DNA of 64,000 nt, taken from contig NC_068992.1 of assembly GCF_001194135.2 (NCBI RefSeq), forward strand, positions 61,629,567 to 61,693,566, read 5' to 3'. The stretch comes from Octopus bimaculoides (Eukaryota). Positions 35,285 through 49,869 of the stretch are shown one piece after another (position 1 is the first letter of the stretch; each line of letters begins with the position of its first letter). Both the position numbers and the translations under genes were made by a program. The notes under the pieces are model-generated. The model ran no database searches. It had not been told where the DNA came from and worked only from the letters and a program-made list of their open reading frames with translations.

Positions 35285-36410
35285 AAACAGATTCCATCAC
35301 ATGCCAGGGGAAGAAACTAGTAGTTTATAGCTTCTGCTACCTAGGTGACCAAATCTAGGGTGGTTGCTTTGCGAGTGTAGTGACTAGAGTAAGAATAGCC
35401 TGGGTAAAGTTCAGGGAGCTCCTACCTCTGTTGGCAACTAAGGGCCTCTCTCTCAGGGAGAAAGGTAGACTGTATGATGCATGTGTGTGAATTGCCATGT
35501 TACACAGCAGTGAAACATGGGCCATGAATGCTGAGGATATGCGTAGGCTTGAAAGAAATGGAGCTAGTATGATCCGCTGGATGTGTAATGTCTGTGCATA
35601 TACGACAGATTGTAAGTGCCCTGAGAGAAAAGTTGGGCATAAGAAGCATCAAATGCAGTATGCAAAAGAGGCAACTGCGCTGGTATGGCCATGTATCACA
35701 TATGAATGATGACAGCTGTGTGAGGAAGTGTCACTCCCTAACTGTTGAAGGAACCTGTGGAAGAGGTAGACCCAGGAAGATATGGGATGAGGTGGTGAAG
35801 CATGACCTTCAAACATTGGGCCTCACAGAGGCAATGACAGGAGACTGGGAACTTTTGAGATATGCTGTGACTGAAAAGACCTGGCAACTAAAGTTGAGAT
35901 TGTAGCCATGCATGTCCAGCCCTGTTAAGAATACTCCTGATGCATCGGGCAATGATATGCTACAGAAGACCTGTTGAGTCAAGTAAAACCAATATCATAG
36001 CTGGAGTCGGTGCTCCCTAATTGGCTCCCATGCCAATGGCACATAAAAAGCATCATCTGAACGTGGCTGGTGCCAGGTTCACCTGACTGGCTCCTGTGCT
36101 GGTGGCACGTAAAAAGCACCAACCAATCGTGACCGATGCTAGTACCCATTGACTAGCTCCTGTGCCAGTGGCATGTAAGAAGCACCATACGAATGTGAGC
36201 ATTTCTAGACCCACCTTACTGGCTCCTGTGCCAGTGACACGTAAAAAGCACCCACTACACTCTCGGAGTGGTTGGCATTAGGAAGGGTATCCAGCTGTAG
36301 AAACTCTGCCAGACCAGACTGGTTAATAGTGCAGCTGCTGGCTCTCCAGACCCCAGTCAAACCGTCCAACCCATGCCAGCATGGAAAATGGACGTTAATC
36401 GATGATGACA
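35285..36410 (+). mobile_element. 5'-truncated RTE-clade LINE
   Basis: CYLGDQI*GG...AWVKFRELLPLLATKGLSLREKGRLYDAC..MLHSSETW...RQLRWYGHVSHM...GRGRPRKIWDEVVKHDL, then 3' UTR units and ggacgttaatcgatgatga. Confidence 0.88.
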
Positions 36411-36738
36411 TATATATATATATCACATACACACATAATGGTTTGCAATAAATCAGTGACATATATTTATATATAAAAAGAAGACAACTGTGAAATTTTA
36501 ACTTGAACAAGGTAAAACAAAATTTATTTTTGAAAGGGATATAATAAATTACTTTCTTTCTAAAAAGTTCAGACATATCTTTCAGCTGTTTATAAAGAAA
36601 TCATCATCATTCTTGGCTAGTTGAGAGATATCCGTAGAGTGGCAAACTCAAAGCTCTTTTATTTGACAGGCAATCTTCTGGGTTAGTTTTAACAAACTCA
36701 CTCATACACACACACACACACACCATATACATGCACAC

Positions 36739-36774
<36 letters not shown>

Positions 36775-37934
36775 CGTTTATTACAGGAAGAGTTTTGTTA
36801 AGATAATACAGAAAATTTGATCGTAGCAATGATTCCCTGCATAACTTTAATAAAATTCCTTTCAATTTTGCCTNNNNNNNNNNATTTTGCCTCTTCTTTC
36901 ATGGAAAAAAAAATAAAATAATTGAAAATTAATTTTTTTTTTTCTTGTGTCTTATTTTCTTTCCTTCATTTTTCTTTTTCTTTTCTTTTTTTTTTTTTTT
37001 GAAATGTGAATGCATCCTCTATGATTGAGAAATATTCAAGAAACTGAAGGGTTTTGTTTAGCTGCAGTTGTAGAAGTATTAATACACACAGAGACACATG
37101 CAATAACACACATACTATTAGATTTGTCACCATCAATGAAATTCAATATCTTATCAAAAATTATAATTAAAAGGAAAGAAAAAAAAGAAAATTGCTTTTA
37201 AATTCCAAACATAAAACACATATTAATGAAACAATGTAAAAATGAAAATTAAAAGGTTAAGAATGGGAAAACAAAAACAAAAAAAGCAAAAAAACTCTGG
37301 GTTGCAGGGTAAAGTGGGGTGAGTGGGTGCTATCCTAGAGTCTCCTTGGTCCTCCTAACAATTATTATTGATTCCAGTAAACGATACACACAAAGGAAAT
37401 AATATTATACATTTCTGAGTGTTTTGATATTATTTCAATATCAATAAAGACATTTCTTGTTAAAAAAATATTTTTAAAACACAAAGATACGAACCCTTTC
37501 CCTTTAGTTTCTTCTTAACCTCCCAAACCGAGGATAGTTAATACCAAAACTTGACAAATATCAGAAAATTAAGATATAAAAGAAAAGAATGATAGCGTTG
37601 AGGGGGAGCAAAAAAAACTTTAAAATGACTGCCACAACAATGAAAACAACATCGTATAAAATATTTTTTTTAAAAATTGAAATACACATTGCGTTTCAGT
37701 TTTTAAAAACCAACATAATACAAGCAAAAACATTTTGAGAAGTTTAACAAAATATTTTCAAAATAGTTTGGAAAATGGACAATGGACATTCTTACAGGAT
37801 GAACATCGATAATTTAAAATAGAATTTAAGATAGAAAAAGCAATAAATTAGGACTTAATTTGAACATAAACTTAAACATAAATAATTCAGCAACAGATAA
37901 GACAGTTTTAGATGAATAGAAATAATATTAATTC

Positions 37935-38330
37935 TCTCTTCTATAAGTTCAAGGCCTGAAATGTGTGGGGAGGGACTAATCAAGTACATCAACCCCAGTG
38001 CTCAACTTGTACTTATTTCATTGATCCAAAAAGAATGAAAGGCAAAGTCAACCTTAATGGCATTTAAACTCAGAAGAAATGTTGCTAAACATTTCATTTG
38101 GTGTACTAATGATTCCACTAGCATGCTGCTTTAAAAGATGTTAAAGCTTCGCAAAAGGCCAGCAATTTTAGGGAAGGGGTAGGTTAACTGCATCAACCCC
38201 AGTTCTTGACTGATACCTTATTTTAACAATTCTGAAAGGATGAAAGGCAAAGTCAACCTCAGAGGAATTTCAACTGAGAATGTGAAGATGGACGAAATAC
38301 CGCTAAGCATTTCACCCAGTGTGCTAACAA
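37935..38330 (-). mobile_element. Head-to-tail pair of SINE family A
   Basis: Reverse-complement copies at about 37935-38130 and 38150-38330. Confidence 0.7.
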
Positions 38331-38660
38331 TAATAATGATAATAATAATAAAGATGGAGGCAGGTGATAGAAGAGATGTAAAACAGATAAAAATACCAAA
38401 ACTGATGAGCTAACACTGATAGCTTCAAATGCAGTATATGTGTCACACGCGCATATATACTTACATATATACACATATATATTGAGAGAAAGAGAAGACA
38501 TTTTAAGGAATGCAACAATTTTGCTTAAGAATTTTATGAAACTTTTCAGCAAGAATTCATAATGCAATGTCCATAGATAATCTGTACACACTTATGCATT
38601 CACACATACTTTTGACATTCCCAGATGATGAAATTTGACTTTATAATGGCAAAAAAAAAA

Positions 38661-38698
<38 letters not shown>

Positions 38699-39362
38699 AC
38701 AAACAATTAAATAAAATTTTAAAAAAAAGGATAACTAAGCAATAGATTTGACTTTATTGCAGTTCTTTTCCCCCTCTGAAAAAAAAAAAAAAAAGAAGTA
38801 AAAAGACACAAACCCTATAAATGCACTTTGGATCGGTCATAAGAGTGAGCAACTACTAGGGCAATACCATAAAAGACACACTATGGAATGGTGGTGAGAT
38901 AGATGGCAAATAAAAAAAAAAGAAGGCAGCATTAAAACATTGGCTTCAGACTGTAGCAAGGATTTACCTAATTAAATGGCCACAGTGTCTTTACAGAGAA
39001 AAAGAAAAGATAATACACAAAAGAAAATTCCCCTCTCGTTCTATTTTGTTTATTTGTTTGTTTTCTTTTGACTTGCTCTTCTTCACACATCTCTCCCAGA
39101 CTGTTCCAGCTTAAGAAATATATATATATAATATATATAAGTATTTCTTGATTAACATACTCTTTAATACTTTCTATACAGGAAAATATTTAAAAGGTCA
39201 TGTGTGTGTGTGTGTGTGTGTGTGTGTAACACCCTTGTCTGAATGAGGGTTTATGCTGTAAGACCAAAACTCCCAGGAACTCCACGATATAAAAGCTGAT
39301 GATGTGTCCATGTACTGCTTCTGTAGATGTCTGCAGGACATTATATATATATATATATACAT

Positions 39363-39393
<31 letters not shown>

Positions 39394-39618
39394 TACATAC
39401 ATACACACACACAGATATATACATATATATATATATACACATACATACCTACACATATANNNNNNNNNNACAGATATATACATATATATATATATACACA
39501 TACATACCTACACATATACAGATACCTATACATACATACATACATACATGCATGCATGCATACATACATACATACATGCATGCATATGTAACAATGCAAT
39601 ATATCGTTCCAATGTATG

Positions 39619-39670
<52 letters not shown>

Positions 39671-40357
39671 CTGAAAAACAGTGAGAGAAGAGTCGAGACA
39701 CATTGAACCAATTTTGTTTTTCTTTCTTTTATCTTTTACTTTTTTCTTCAAAGAGACATTCACATTTCAAAATGTCATTGCATTTTCACTATTAGATGGT
39801 ATGGTGAGGGGGAGGGTTTTTTTAAAATTTTGTCATTCCAAAACAACACTGGACAGATTCCCAGATCATCCCCAAGAGATAGGAATCTTTTTTGTTTTTT
39901 TCATCTGTTTCCTCTTATCAAAATAGACTGCTCTTATCAAATAACCCTTAAATAAAAATCGAAAAAAAAAAAAAAATTTTTAATTAAAAAAAAAGACAAC
40001 CAGCCAAGTTCTAGGAGGACTGAATCTCTGGCACCTCTCCAGACATATCCAAGCTACCAAATGCATTTTCGGTACAAAAGGTAACATTTTGTTTTTGTCT
40101 GACTTTTTCTTCAATGGGACATAGATGCTGTATAGTTTTGTTTTGTTTTGTTTGTTTTATTTGTTTTTTATTGGATTCCGATGTCAAGGTTGAGCGATAA
40201 TTTTAGGCTATATGCTTAAAGCCAGACTTTGATGCTGTACATATGAACATGAGATAAGTTCCGAGGAGGAGAAGGAGGAGGAGGATGACGATAACGCCAC
40301 TGTTGTCATCGTCATCGCTGACATCGTCTGTGAGAGCCGTATTCCAGCCATAATCAG

Positions 40358-40488
40358 CTAGGACTGATAAAGTAGATAACTTTTCAATGATCGAGGAAGT
40401 GGAAGCTTGTGGATTTCATGCAGTCTGTTCTTGTTGAGTTGTTGACGAATAACCCGTCGACAGATATCCATAAGAGGTAAAGGCTCAG
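40358..40488 (-). CDS. SPSB1: Terminal coding exon (SOCS box) of SPRY-domain SOCS-box protein, SPSB1/4/gustavus family
   Basis: Acceptor tctttttttcag| precedes 40488. (P)EPLPLMDICRRVIRQQLNKNRLHEIHKLPLPRSLKSYLLYQS*, with BC-box PLMDICRRVI and Cul5-box LPLP. Matches the recognisable PEPLPLMDLCRR..I...LPLP..LK.YL.YQ end of SPSB1/gus. Paralogue number is nominal. Confidence 0.92.
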
Positions 40489-41293
40489 CTGAAAAAAAGA
40501 AAAAAAATAGAAAATTTAAATGTATGGAGGTTTAGCAGAATTGACTGAAGTCATTTTATATATATATATATATATATAGAACAAAANNNNNNNNNNNNNN
40601 NNNNNNNNNNNNNNNNNNNNNNNNNNNNNNNNNNNNNNNNNNNNNNNNNNNNNNNNNNNNNNNNNNNNNNNNNNNNNNNNNNNNNNNNNNNNNNNNNNNN
40701 NNNNNNNNNNNNNNNNNNNNNNNNNNNNNNNNNNNNNNNNNNNNNNNNNNNNNNNNNNNNNNNNNNNNNNNNNNNNNNNNNNNNNNNNNNNNNNNNNNNN
40801 NNNNNNNNNNNNNNNNNNNNNNNNNNNNNNNNNNNNNNNNNNNNNNNNNNNNNNNNNNNNNNNNNNNNNNNNNNNNNNNNNNNNNNNNNNNNNNNNNNNN
40901 NNNNNNNNNNNNNNNNNNNNNNNNNNNNNNNNNNNNNNNNNNNNNNNNNNNNNNNNNNNNNNNNNNNNNNNNNNNNNNNNNNNNNNNNNNNNNNNNNNNN
41001 NNNNNNNNNNNNNNNNNNNNNNNNNNNNNNNNNNNNNNNNNNNNNNNNNNNNNNNNNNNNNNNNNNNNNNNNNNNNNNNNNNNNNNNNNNNNNNNNNNNN
41101 NNNNNNNNNNNNNNNNNNNNNNNNNNNNNNNNNNNNNNNNNNNNNNNNNNNNNNNNNNNNNNNNNNNNNNNNNNNNNNNNNNNNNNNNNNNNNNNNNNNN
41201 NNNNNNNNNNNNNNNNNNNNNNNNNNNNNNNNNNNNNNNNNNNNNNNNNNNNNNNNNNNNNNNNNNNNNNNNNNNNNNNNNNNNNNNNNNNCT

Positions 41294-41490
41294 TATTTCG
41301 ATAATTTCAACCAATCACTGACAAGTATTCAGTTGTTTACATTTACTCCTTCGGCTGATTAAGCGATGTAAAGTGTATTTAATCTCCATACCTTCGTTTT
41401 ATTTGCTTTTTTCATTTTAAATTTGCTTTAACCCTAACCCTAACCCTAACCCTGAATGGACGTCAGTGATTGGTTGAAATTACAGAAATA
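41294..41490. mobile_element. MITE with 29-bp TIRs and internal (TAACCC)4
   Basis: tatttcgataatttcaaccaatcactgac (41294-41322) pairs with gtcagtgattggttgaaattacagaaata (41462-41490); TAACCC x4 at 41429-41452. Confidence 0.8.
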
Positions 41491-43883
41491 CGACAACTTT
41501 AACATGGAATAACTTATGGATTTCTTTTTTTTTTAAGAAGACTAAGAGAAAAAGATGTTTTATATGACACCTTCTACCAGTGTTCCAAGTTTCAAAGTGT
41601 TTCGTTAATGAAAAATGTGGCCCCCGTTTTAAAAAAGATCCTCCAGCTGTACTATTCATGCCAAAGCAGATGTTGTAGACCAACATATTCCTCAGGTTAG
41701 TCAGATTCTCTCAAACCATCCAATCTGTGGCACAAGGATGTTAAATGATGACAATGATGAAATACATTTGACGAAGATAGTCTTCTAGATTTACCTTATT
41801 TGTAGAGGCATTGATGAAATGGAAATTCATCTTCGAAGATCAATAACAATAATGGTAATTACCATCATGAGCAACAAAGCTTGTAGTAGCCTGCCAAATT
41901 TAACTTGCTTTTATATATATATATATATATATATACATATATACAATTGCAGTGTGGAAGGTGTTTATAAGCCATTTAAGAAACACACAAAAACAGTTAG
42001 ATTCACTTCAACATTTAAATTTAATTTGCCAAAATATTTTCGTCGCTTTGAGACCGCGATACTGAAAGAATCATGAACTACCTTAGAGAACAATGAGAAT
42101 CTATAAAATAATGTTTCAATACGGTAAGAATGAATGAAACTAAGCCATATGCATATGTTGGATCAGTTGATGTAAAATAAAGGAACTATCGAGTGAATAA
42201 AGGTTTTCTTTTTGCGTGTTATTTTTTGCTTATAGTAAATATGTTGGACAGAAATGGCAACTGTTATTAGATTAGTTAACAAACACTACAGCTGTATGAC
42301 ACAAACTCACTGAGTTTATGGAAACATAAACTAATTTGTTTGAAGGCAGTAACATGATCTTGAATCGTTAAGAACACATGTTAAGGGGCAACACCATCTG
42401 TTTAAAACAAAGATAATTGGCCAATTAACATCATTATTATCCAACTATTCATGCTCAAGGTGAATCACCTAAATGTAATTAGCAGAAAAAAAATTTGCAA
42501 TTCAATAAAGGTTGAACTTGCATGAATTTATATCCCCTTCTTTTTTATCCTGACCTTGTCTTGTTTAGGAAAACATGATTATTTAGAGAAAAGATAAGGG
42601 AAATAATTTAAAAAAAAAATTATTGGTGTAATGACCCGCCAGAGGCATCATAAAATAAAAAGCAAAAAAAAAAAGAAAAAACAGAAAGGAAATGAAATTT
42701 GAGTAGATATTACTTGAGATAAAGAAAGAAAAATAGGTTGTTGGCCTGAATGAAAGTGTGACCTGTAGAGAATGGTTCAGACTCTACTAGTTATCTTATA
42801 TACCCCGCTTTCTCTTCCCATCCCTTCCACCATATGCACCAACCAAACTTTTCTGAACTCAGTGGCATAGCATGGATTTTGGCTGCCAAAAACTTACACT
42901 GGAACACCATACAAAATTCTTATCAAGATTTTTCTGCATTTTAAGCATGGCCCCTTCCTGACTGGTATTGAAGTCCTATCATTTTTCCTGTGAAATAAAA
43001 CATTTATCTTCAGCAGGTTTACTTAGTTGTACAATTTAAAAGGATTGGGAAAAAAAGACCTCAAAAAATCCCCTGCTTTTGAAGGTCAGTTTAATTTTTG
43101 TACTTGCAAACTGAAAAAGGAAACTATTAATGCTAACTAACTGTAATGAGACACAAAACAAAATTCTATAGGTAAGTTGCACAGTTCAATGAACTGAGCA
43201 AGCCTAGTATATGACTGGTACTTGTAGTTTTGAACTTCAAGAGAGGAAAACTAAAACTGATTCCAGAAAGAACAAAAAATGCAAAACAGACCTGAACTGA
43301 AGCTGAACTAAAAAATATATAATTTATTCATTCCAGTAGTTTTAAACTTAGGCACAACTTGAAACACATTCATAAGAACAGGTAAAAAAAGAAAATGAAA
43401 TTTAAAAAATCTTGATTCTGAAGACACCTAAATTTTATTTTTGTAAAATATATTCTTCAGAAAAATCTAACTAAAAACTATCATTGTAACAATTACTGTC
43501 ATCAAAGAAGTAAAGTAAAAGACTTGATGATAAATTTAATTCTAATTTTGATGAAGATAAAAAAACATAATAATGCTGCATTATTTGCATTGATTGAAAA
43601 CTGCAAAATTAATGCCTTGTATACACAGAGAATTTCATAACCTAAGTATTGCTATCTCTGTCATTTCTGTAGAAATAATCCATCTTACTTCAATATATAA
43701 GCATAAAGGGATAAATGTTAGTAGGAAATAACCAAACTTATGTCAATACTGGAAGAATAAACTTGTTATAGACTACAATATAATTTATCATCACCTTGAT
43801 GCATATGTAATCTATTATCTTTCTACTTTAGTGCTTCCACACTCATTTTTGTCCCTTTATATTAGAAAACCATTCTGATTTAT

Positions 43884-44038
<155 letters not shown>

Positions 44039-45378
44039 AACCACAAAACTTCCCTTCCAATTATATTTGCCTTTTGATAGGAACCTATTTGAACTGGAAA
44101 TAATAATCTTTTGTATTATGAACATAGGTGGAAGATCCAGAATATGACAAGCTTAACCAATCTCTAATTTAAGTCGACATTCGAAACAAATCAAAACCAC
44201 ATATATTCCAGAAATGGCATCGGCACACCAATTATTCTAAAACTATATCCATAATTTAATGGTACCATAATACAATTTTAGTAGACCATAAAAATACTGT
44301 AATATTAGAAGTTTTGGCATTATAACAAATCAGTTTGCAATCTATATAACACATCGACATTTACAGAAGACTGAAGTAAAAGCAATGTAGGAACCATAAG
44401 TGCTCCAGATATTTTTATGTTCTCTTATTTTAGAGGATGCCAGTTTCCACAGACAAAGGAATCAGTGTTTTTCATGAGTTAGTTTGCAGACAGACTGCAT
44501 ACTCTCGACAGACAAGTTCAGAGAATAATGATTAAAAGATTCAACAATCAAAACCAAAAAGAAAAAAAAGTTGGATGGGATAATGTGAGAACAAAGAAAA
44601 ATTATTCAGAGACAGTAGAGAGGTGGTCAAACATGAAAATAATATCATGAAATGATTGTATATTTTGAAGAGAAATACAACTGAGTAGTAGTTGAATAAA
44701 TTAAACGTGAAAGAAAAGAGAAATAATTCAAGGAAGCCAGTGGCTTGTATATGAATGAATATAGGGATATCAATTACCATACAACATAAAATCTTGATTT
44801 ATTAAAACTATTTCTACCTCTACAGGGTATATCACAATTACCAAATGGCAGTTGAGAACAGCTCCGTATGAGAAAGAAGACAATCTCATGAATCAATAAT
44901 TTTCCAAAATTGACAAATCATTAAGGAAAATGGCAGGTTTATTTTCCAGAGATAAAAGGACAATCTTGGACTTATGCTTCTGCTTCAATAAGCATTATTA
45001 GTCAGATAATTGTCCTCACCTATCTTCAGCAGCCAAGGTACAAAGGACACAATCTACAGCCTACATAATTTGCATATTTAAACAAAAATGAGCAACACTA
45101 GTTACTAGATATTGGAGAACTTATTTAATGAGAGAACTCTATTATATCAAAGACATGATTAAACTCCTCACTTTGAAAATTACTCAGACCTGCAGAGAGA
45201 AACCTTAATACAATTTCCAGCAGTTGGAAACAAATTATCATGTGCACTCATATTTAACATGTTTTTGTACATGCAAGCATGGTGACTTTTCACTGCAGAA
45301 ACAGTCCCAGGAGAAAATTCTTCTCACAGACAATATGTATGAAAAAAATATTTGTTTCCTTCTCTCTCTCACTCCCAA

Positions 45379-45444
<66 letters not shown>

Positions 45445-47318
45445 CATAGTGAGGGCATGTGACCTAGTGATTAGGATGTCTCACTCATGATTGCAGGTTT
45501 GCAGTTTCAATTCCTGCAGATGGTGCATTGTGTTCTTGAACAAAATACTTCATTTCACATTGCTCTGCATTCACTTTGACATCTGTGTGGCATACCATAC
45601 ACCTGTAAAGGTAATGTCAATTTGATGGAGGGAGTGAATTAATGTACAGCACCAAAATTTTATTACAGCAAATAAATGAAATGCACAGGTTGTTCAGCAA
45701 AAACCTGTAGAACACCCATCTGTCATATACTACAGGAAAGACCAATATACATATAACATAATGTAAGTGTATTATTGCCAAAAAGCCAGAAGCTACAGCA
45801 TTTTAATGCAATACATTTATAAAGGGATTTTTCCCAGACACAAAACTGCAGCTTCTTGATACACATGCATTAAATATGTTTTGCAGATGAAAACTTTACT
45901 CTAGAGCTGCTTCTATTGCATAACTTGAATATATATCACATGGATGTCTTATAAAACTATCCCAGAATGAACAGGCTTTAATCCAAATCACAACAAGTGT
46001 TTCTATGCATTAGCAACAGCTGTCAGTTGCTGATTGTTTCACATATTATAGTAAAAGGAGTATTCCTGGTGTGTGATAGTATATAGTAGCTGATAACCGT
46101 AGAGGAGCTTTGAAATGCATGTTATAAGGTTATTAATCAAGTGATATTAAATATAAATATATTCATATTCTGTCTTAATTATAAAAGAAAACAATCTGTA
46201 TCAGTTTATTCTGCTTCATCTTCTGCGTTGGCAAACCTTTCATGTTAGCTTTACTAACAAAATACATCTGCAACTGAAGAAATTAGCACTCCTGGTTGTT
46301 CCAAATGTAAGACATTTCTTTGTTTTATCAGTTTATCTCTTATCTTCAACTTGTTTCAGTCATTAGACTGTTGCCAAGTTGGGGCACCGCTCTGAAGGGT
46401 TTAATCAAACATAGTGACCCTAGTTACTTATTTTTAAGCCTGGTACTTATTCTATCAGCTTTCTTTTGCCAAAGTGGTACTTTACAAGGACGTAAACAAG
46501 TCAACATTGGTTGTCAAGTGGTATTGGGAGACAAACACAAACACATTTGTCATCGTCATCATTTAGTGTTTGTTTTCCATGCTGGCATGGGTCAGACAGT
46601 TTGATGGCCTGAGAATTGTACAAGTCTCCAACCTGATTCGGCTTGGTTTCTACAGCTGGACGTCCTTCCTAATACCAACCACCCCAAGAGTGAAGTGGGT
46701 GGCTCTTATGCATCACTGGTACTGACCATGAATATGATTTCACTTGGCTTGACTGGTCTTCTCAAGCACAGCAAATCGCCAAAGGTCTCAATCATTTGTC
46801 ACCACCTCCATGAGACTCAACATCAGGAGATCATGCTTCACCATCTTGTCCCATTTCTTCTTGGGACAAATAGATATATATTTTCTTTTATTTTGTTTAT
46901 TAAATCCACTCACAAGGCTTTGGTTGACCTGAGGCTACAGTAGAAGAAACTTGCCCAAGGTGCCATGCAGTAGGACTGAACCCGGAACCATATAATTGGG
47001 AAGCAAACTTCTTGCCATACAGCCACATGAAATTATAAACTACTTCTAATTACAGAGCTATGAAGTATTTTATGTTACCTTAATGTTTCCATGCCCATCA
47101 TGTGACAAAAAGTTTGGGAATTTTGACAGCTTCATTCTAACAATGCAATTGCAGTGCAATTGTTGAAGAGTAGTATAAAATGTTTGGATAGTTAATGTAT
47201 TAATCACACAATTACAGTTTCAAAATGGTTTTACTGTGTGTGTGAGTGTGTGTGTATGTGTGTGTGCACGCATGCACACTCACACAGAGTCACACCCACT
47301 GACAGTCATTCCCCACCA

Positions 47319-47383
<65 letters not shown>

Positions 47384-48633
47384 CACACACACACACATAC
47401 ACACATAATGCCAGTCAAAAAGCCATAGGAGTTATATGTTCAATTTAGTGGAAACTGGTTCTATGTATTAAAGAATGCAATAACCATACAATGAATTTGG
47501 ATATTATAGATAATCAAAACAAAAAAAAAACTTCGTTATTTCTTTTTTAATCATATTATTTGCAGCTGTTCTTAAGCAGACATTTAGTCACATGTGCAAA
47601 TCAGAAGCCACCGCCCAAACAGCTCACCCCACCCCACCCTGTCTTGTGATTAGGAGAGAGAGAGAAATAAGACAAGATACCAGCATGTCTGTTCATAATC
47701 GAAATGCACCAACTTGACACCATAACTGTTAGCAGACCTGTCACATTTGTAGGAAAATGTTAATGTTTGTCCTGATATGTTTCATCAAACTAATTCATTT
47801 AGGACAACAATGAACTTTGTTAGCTCAAAAACAAATTAAGACTAATTTTACCCTAAATCCTACACCAACATTGGAAAATTAATGACTTTATTACTATTAC
47901 ATCTTAATTCTTAATGATCTAAAAAATACTTAATCAGAGATAATAAGCACGGATTCTAACTGAAGACACTGAAAGTTCTTAAGAACATTCACAAATTCTG
48001 GTAATGCATCTGAATATTAATTTTAATTTATGGTTCCATTAATTGTTAATGTCTAATATTACTGTTGATTATGACTCGTTGAATATATTGTTCTTTCATT
48101 TTGTTTCTGACAAACAAGGTAAACCAGTCTGGTGTTTCCATAAAGAACATCAACACACTTCTGTATGTGCATGGAAAATCTACATGCCTAACACAAACAC
48201 ACAGAATCAGGCATATATAAAAGTCCAAAGAATATGATTTATACATTGAATTCTTATTGTTGGAATTTCACAATGTTCTAAAACATTAAAAATCAAAAAA
48301 TGTATGATTGATCCCTACATAGAATATATCATTAGGTCCTTACATATAGTACAATTTGATAACTACACACACAACTTGGCTCCTACACAGATAACATAGT
48401 TTGATCCTTACACACAGCATAACATGAGCCCTACACACAACCCAAAACAAAGCAGTAGAAATCTCAATTAACTGGTCTATGTTAATAGGTATTGTTGAAA
48501 TTAGGTGCAAGAGTAATTTCTTCAAAAACATATTTCTAAGGATCACAGAGAATGAAGTAGTGGCACTATTGCTCTAACAACCAAAGTTGCATATATTGTT
48601 TCAGTTCTGTTTATGTGGCGCATGCGCACACAA

Positions 48634-48664
<31 letters not shown>

Positions 48665-49869
48665 CACGCAATGCTGGTCATAAAGCTGCAGGACTAATGA
48701 CCATAGGTTCACTCAGAGTTAAACTTTGTTACAGTCATGAAGGTACATTACAAAGAATATGTATTACAGTCATTATTTCAGACAACTTGGTAAAAACACC
48801 ATATTTTCCATCATACAAGTCAAATTTTCAAACCAAAATCTCTTTGTGAAATGCAGTAGGATTTGGAAAAATGTTGATGTTTGAATGTTTACACCACATG
48901 TTTATACTATATACATCAACTTATATGCTGGGAAACACACACCATTTTGTGCACTACCTACAGCAAAAAGAAACAGTACACCATTTGAAATCCATTTGAT
49001 ACTGACCCATCTCACACTGCGCATGGTTCTATGATACAAACTTTATATTTTAAAGTGATCTATATTGAAACCTTGCATCATATTTTCATAATTCATCCTA
49101 AAGCTTAACCATCTTTTAACTACATTTCTCTCTTTGTTTCAATTAATCTTGAAAATAATGAAGTATTTAGTAAAATATCTTTATCTTTTAACCTGGGCGT
49201 TTGGAATGTAAATTAAGAAATTTTGGCAGGTTTTAGCTTAGATCACTTTGAAACTGAGTTAGAGACAGAAGGCATCAGAAGGGTTAATAATGAGAAAGTT
49301 ATTTCACTAAATTCTTCATTGTTTTCAAAATGAATCTAAACAATATCAGTACGTTTCAACTGAGATATAATAACAAAAATATTAAAGAGTAAATATCCAG
49401 CTTTGTAAGGACATACAGAAATAATAAGAAATAAAACAACAAAGACTTTAAAAAAAAACTTATAAGAATGAACGGATAAGATAGAAAGAGGACATTTTTA
49501 TGTTTAGCTGAAATATTAGAGCAGATTGAAATACTACATAAAAGCGAATCCAATTGTTCTCCACTAATCAGATCAACTAGTTTGGACAAAGAAATAATAC
49601 ACCTTTTATACTTTTAATTGGATTAAAATCCAGATGACAGTTGGAGATCCAATCCATTTAAGATTACCATAGAGAAAGTGGTTAAAGCAAATTCAATTAC
49701 ATCAACAACAAGATGAAGAGATAAGGAAAGCAAAAGAGGGTTGAGTGTTCTAAAGTTTAATAAAGAACAGAGCAATATAAAGGTTCTGTGAACATTAGAT
49801 CGTATGTTAACCTGAAGACTAAGGTAGTATGTAGAGATTATTTTGTGCAAGAACTGGAACAATTAAACA

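Noticed and set aside
40587-41291. The 705-N gap hiding the SPSB SPRY exon
   Set aside because: The size match is probably coincidental: the flanks are a (TA)n tract and a MITE, and the intron would be only about 100 nt. It cannot be excluded without gap filling.
41940-42070. Hammerhead in a Penelope-like tail (tcgc-ggtctcaaa-gcga-cgaaa on minus)
   Set aside because: Only a stem and GAAA are present; the CUGANGA core is absent or truncated.
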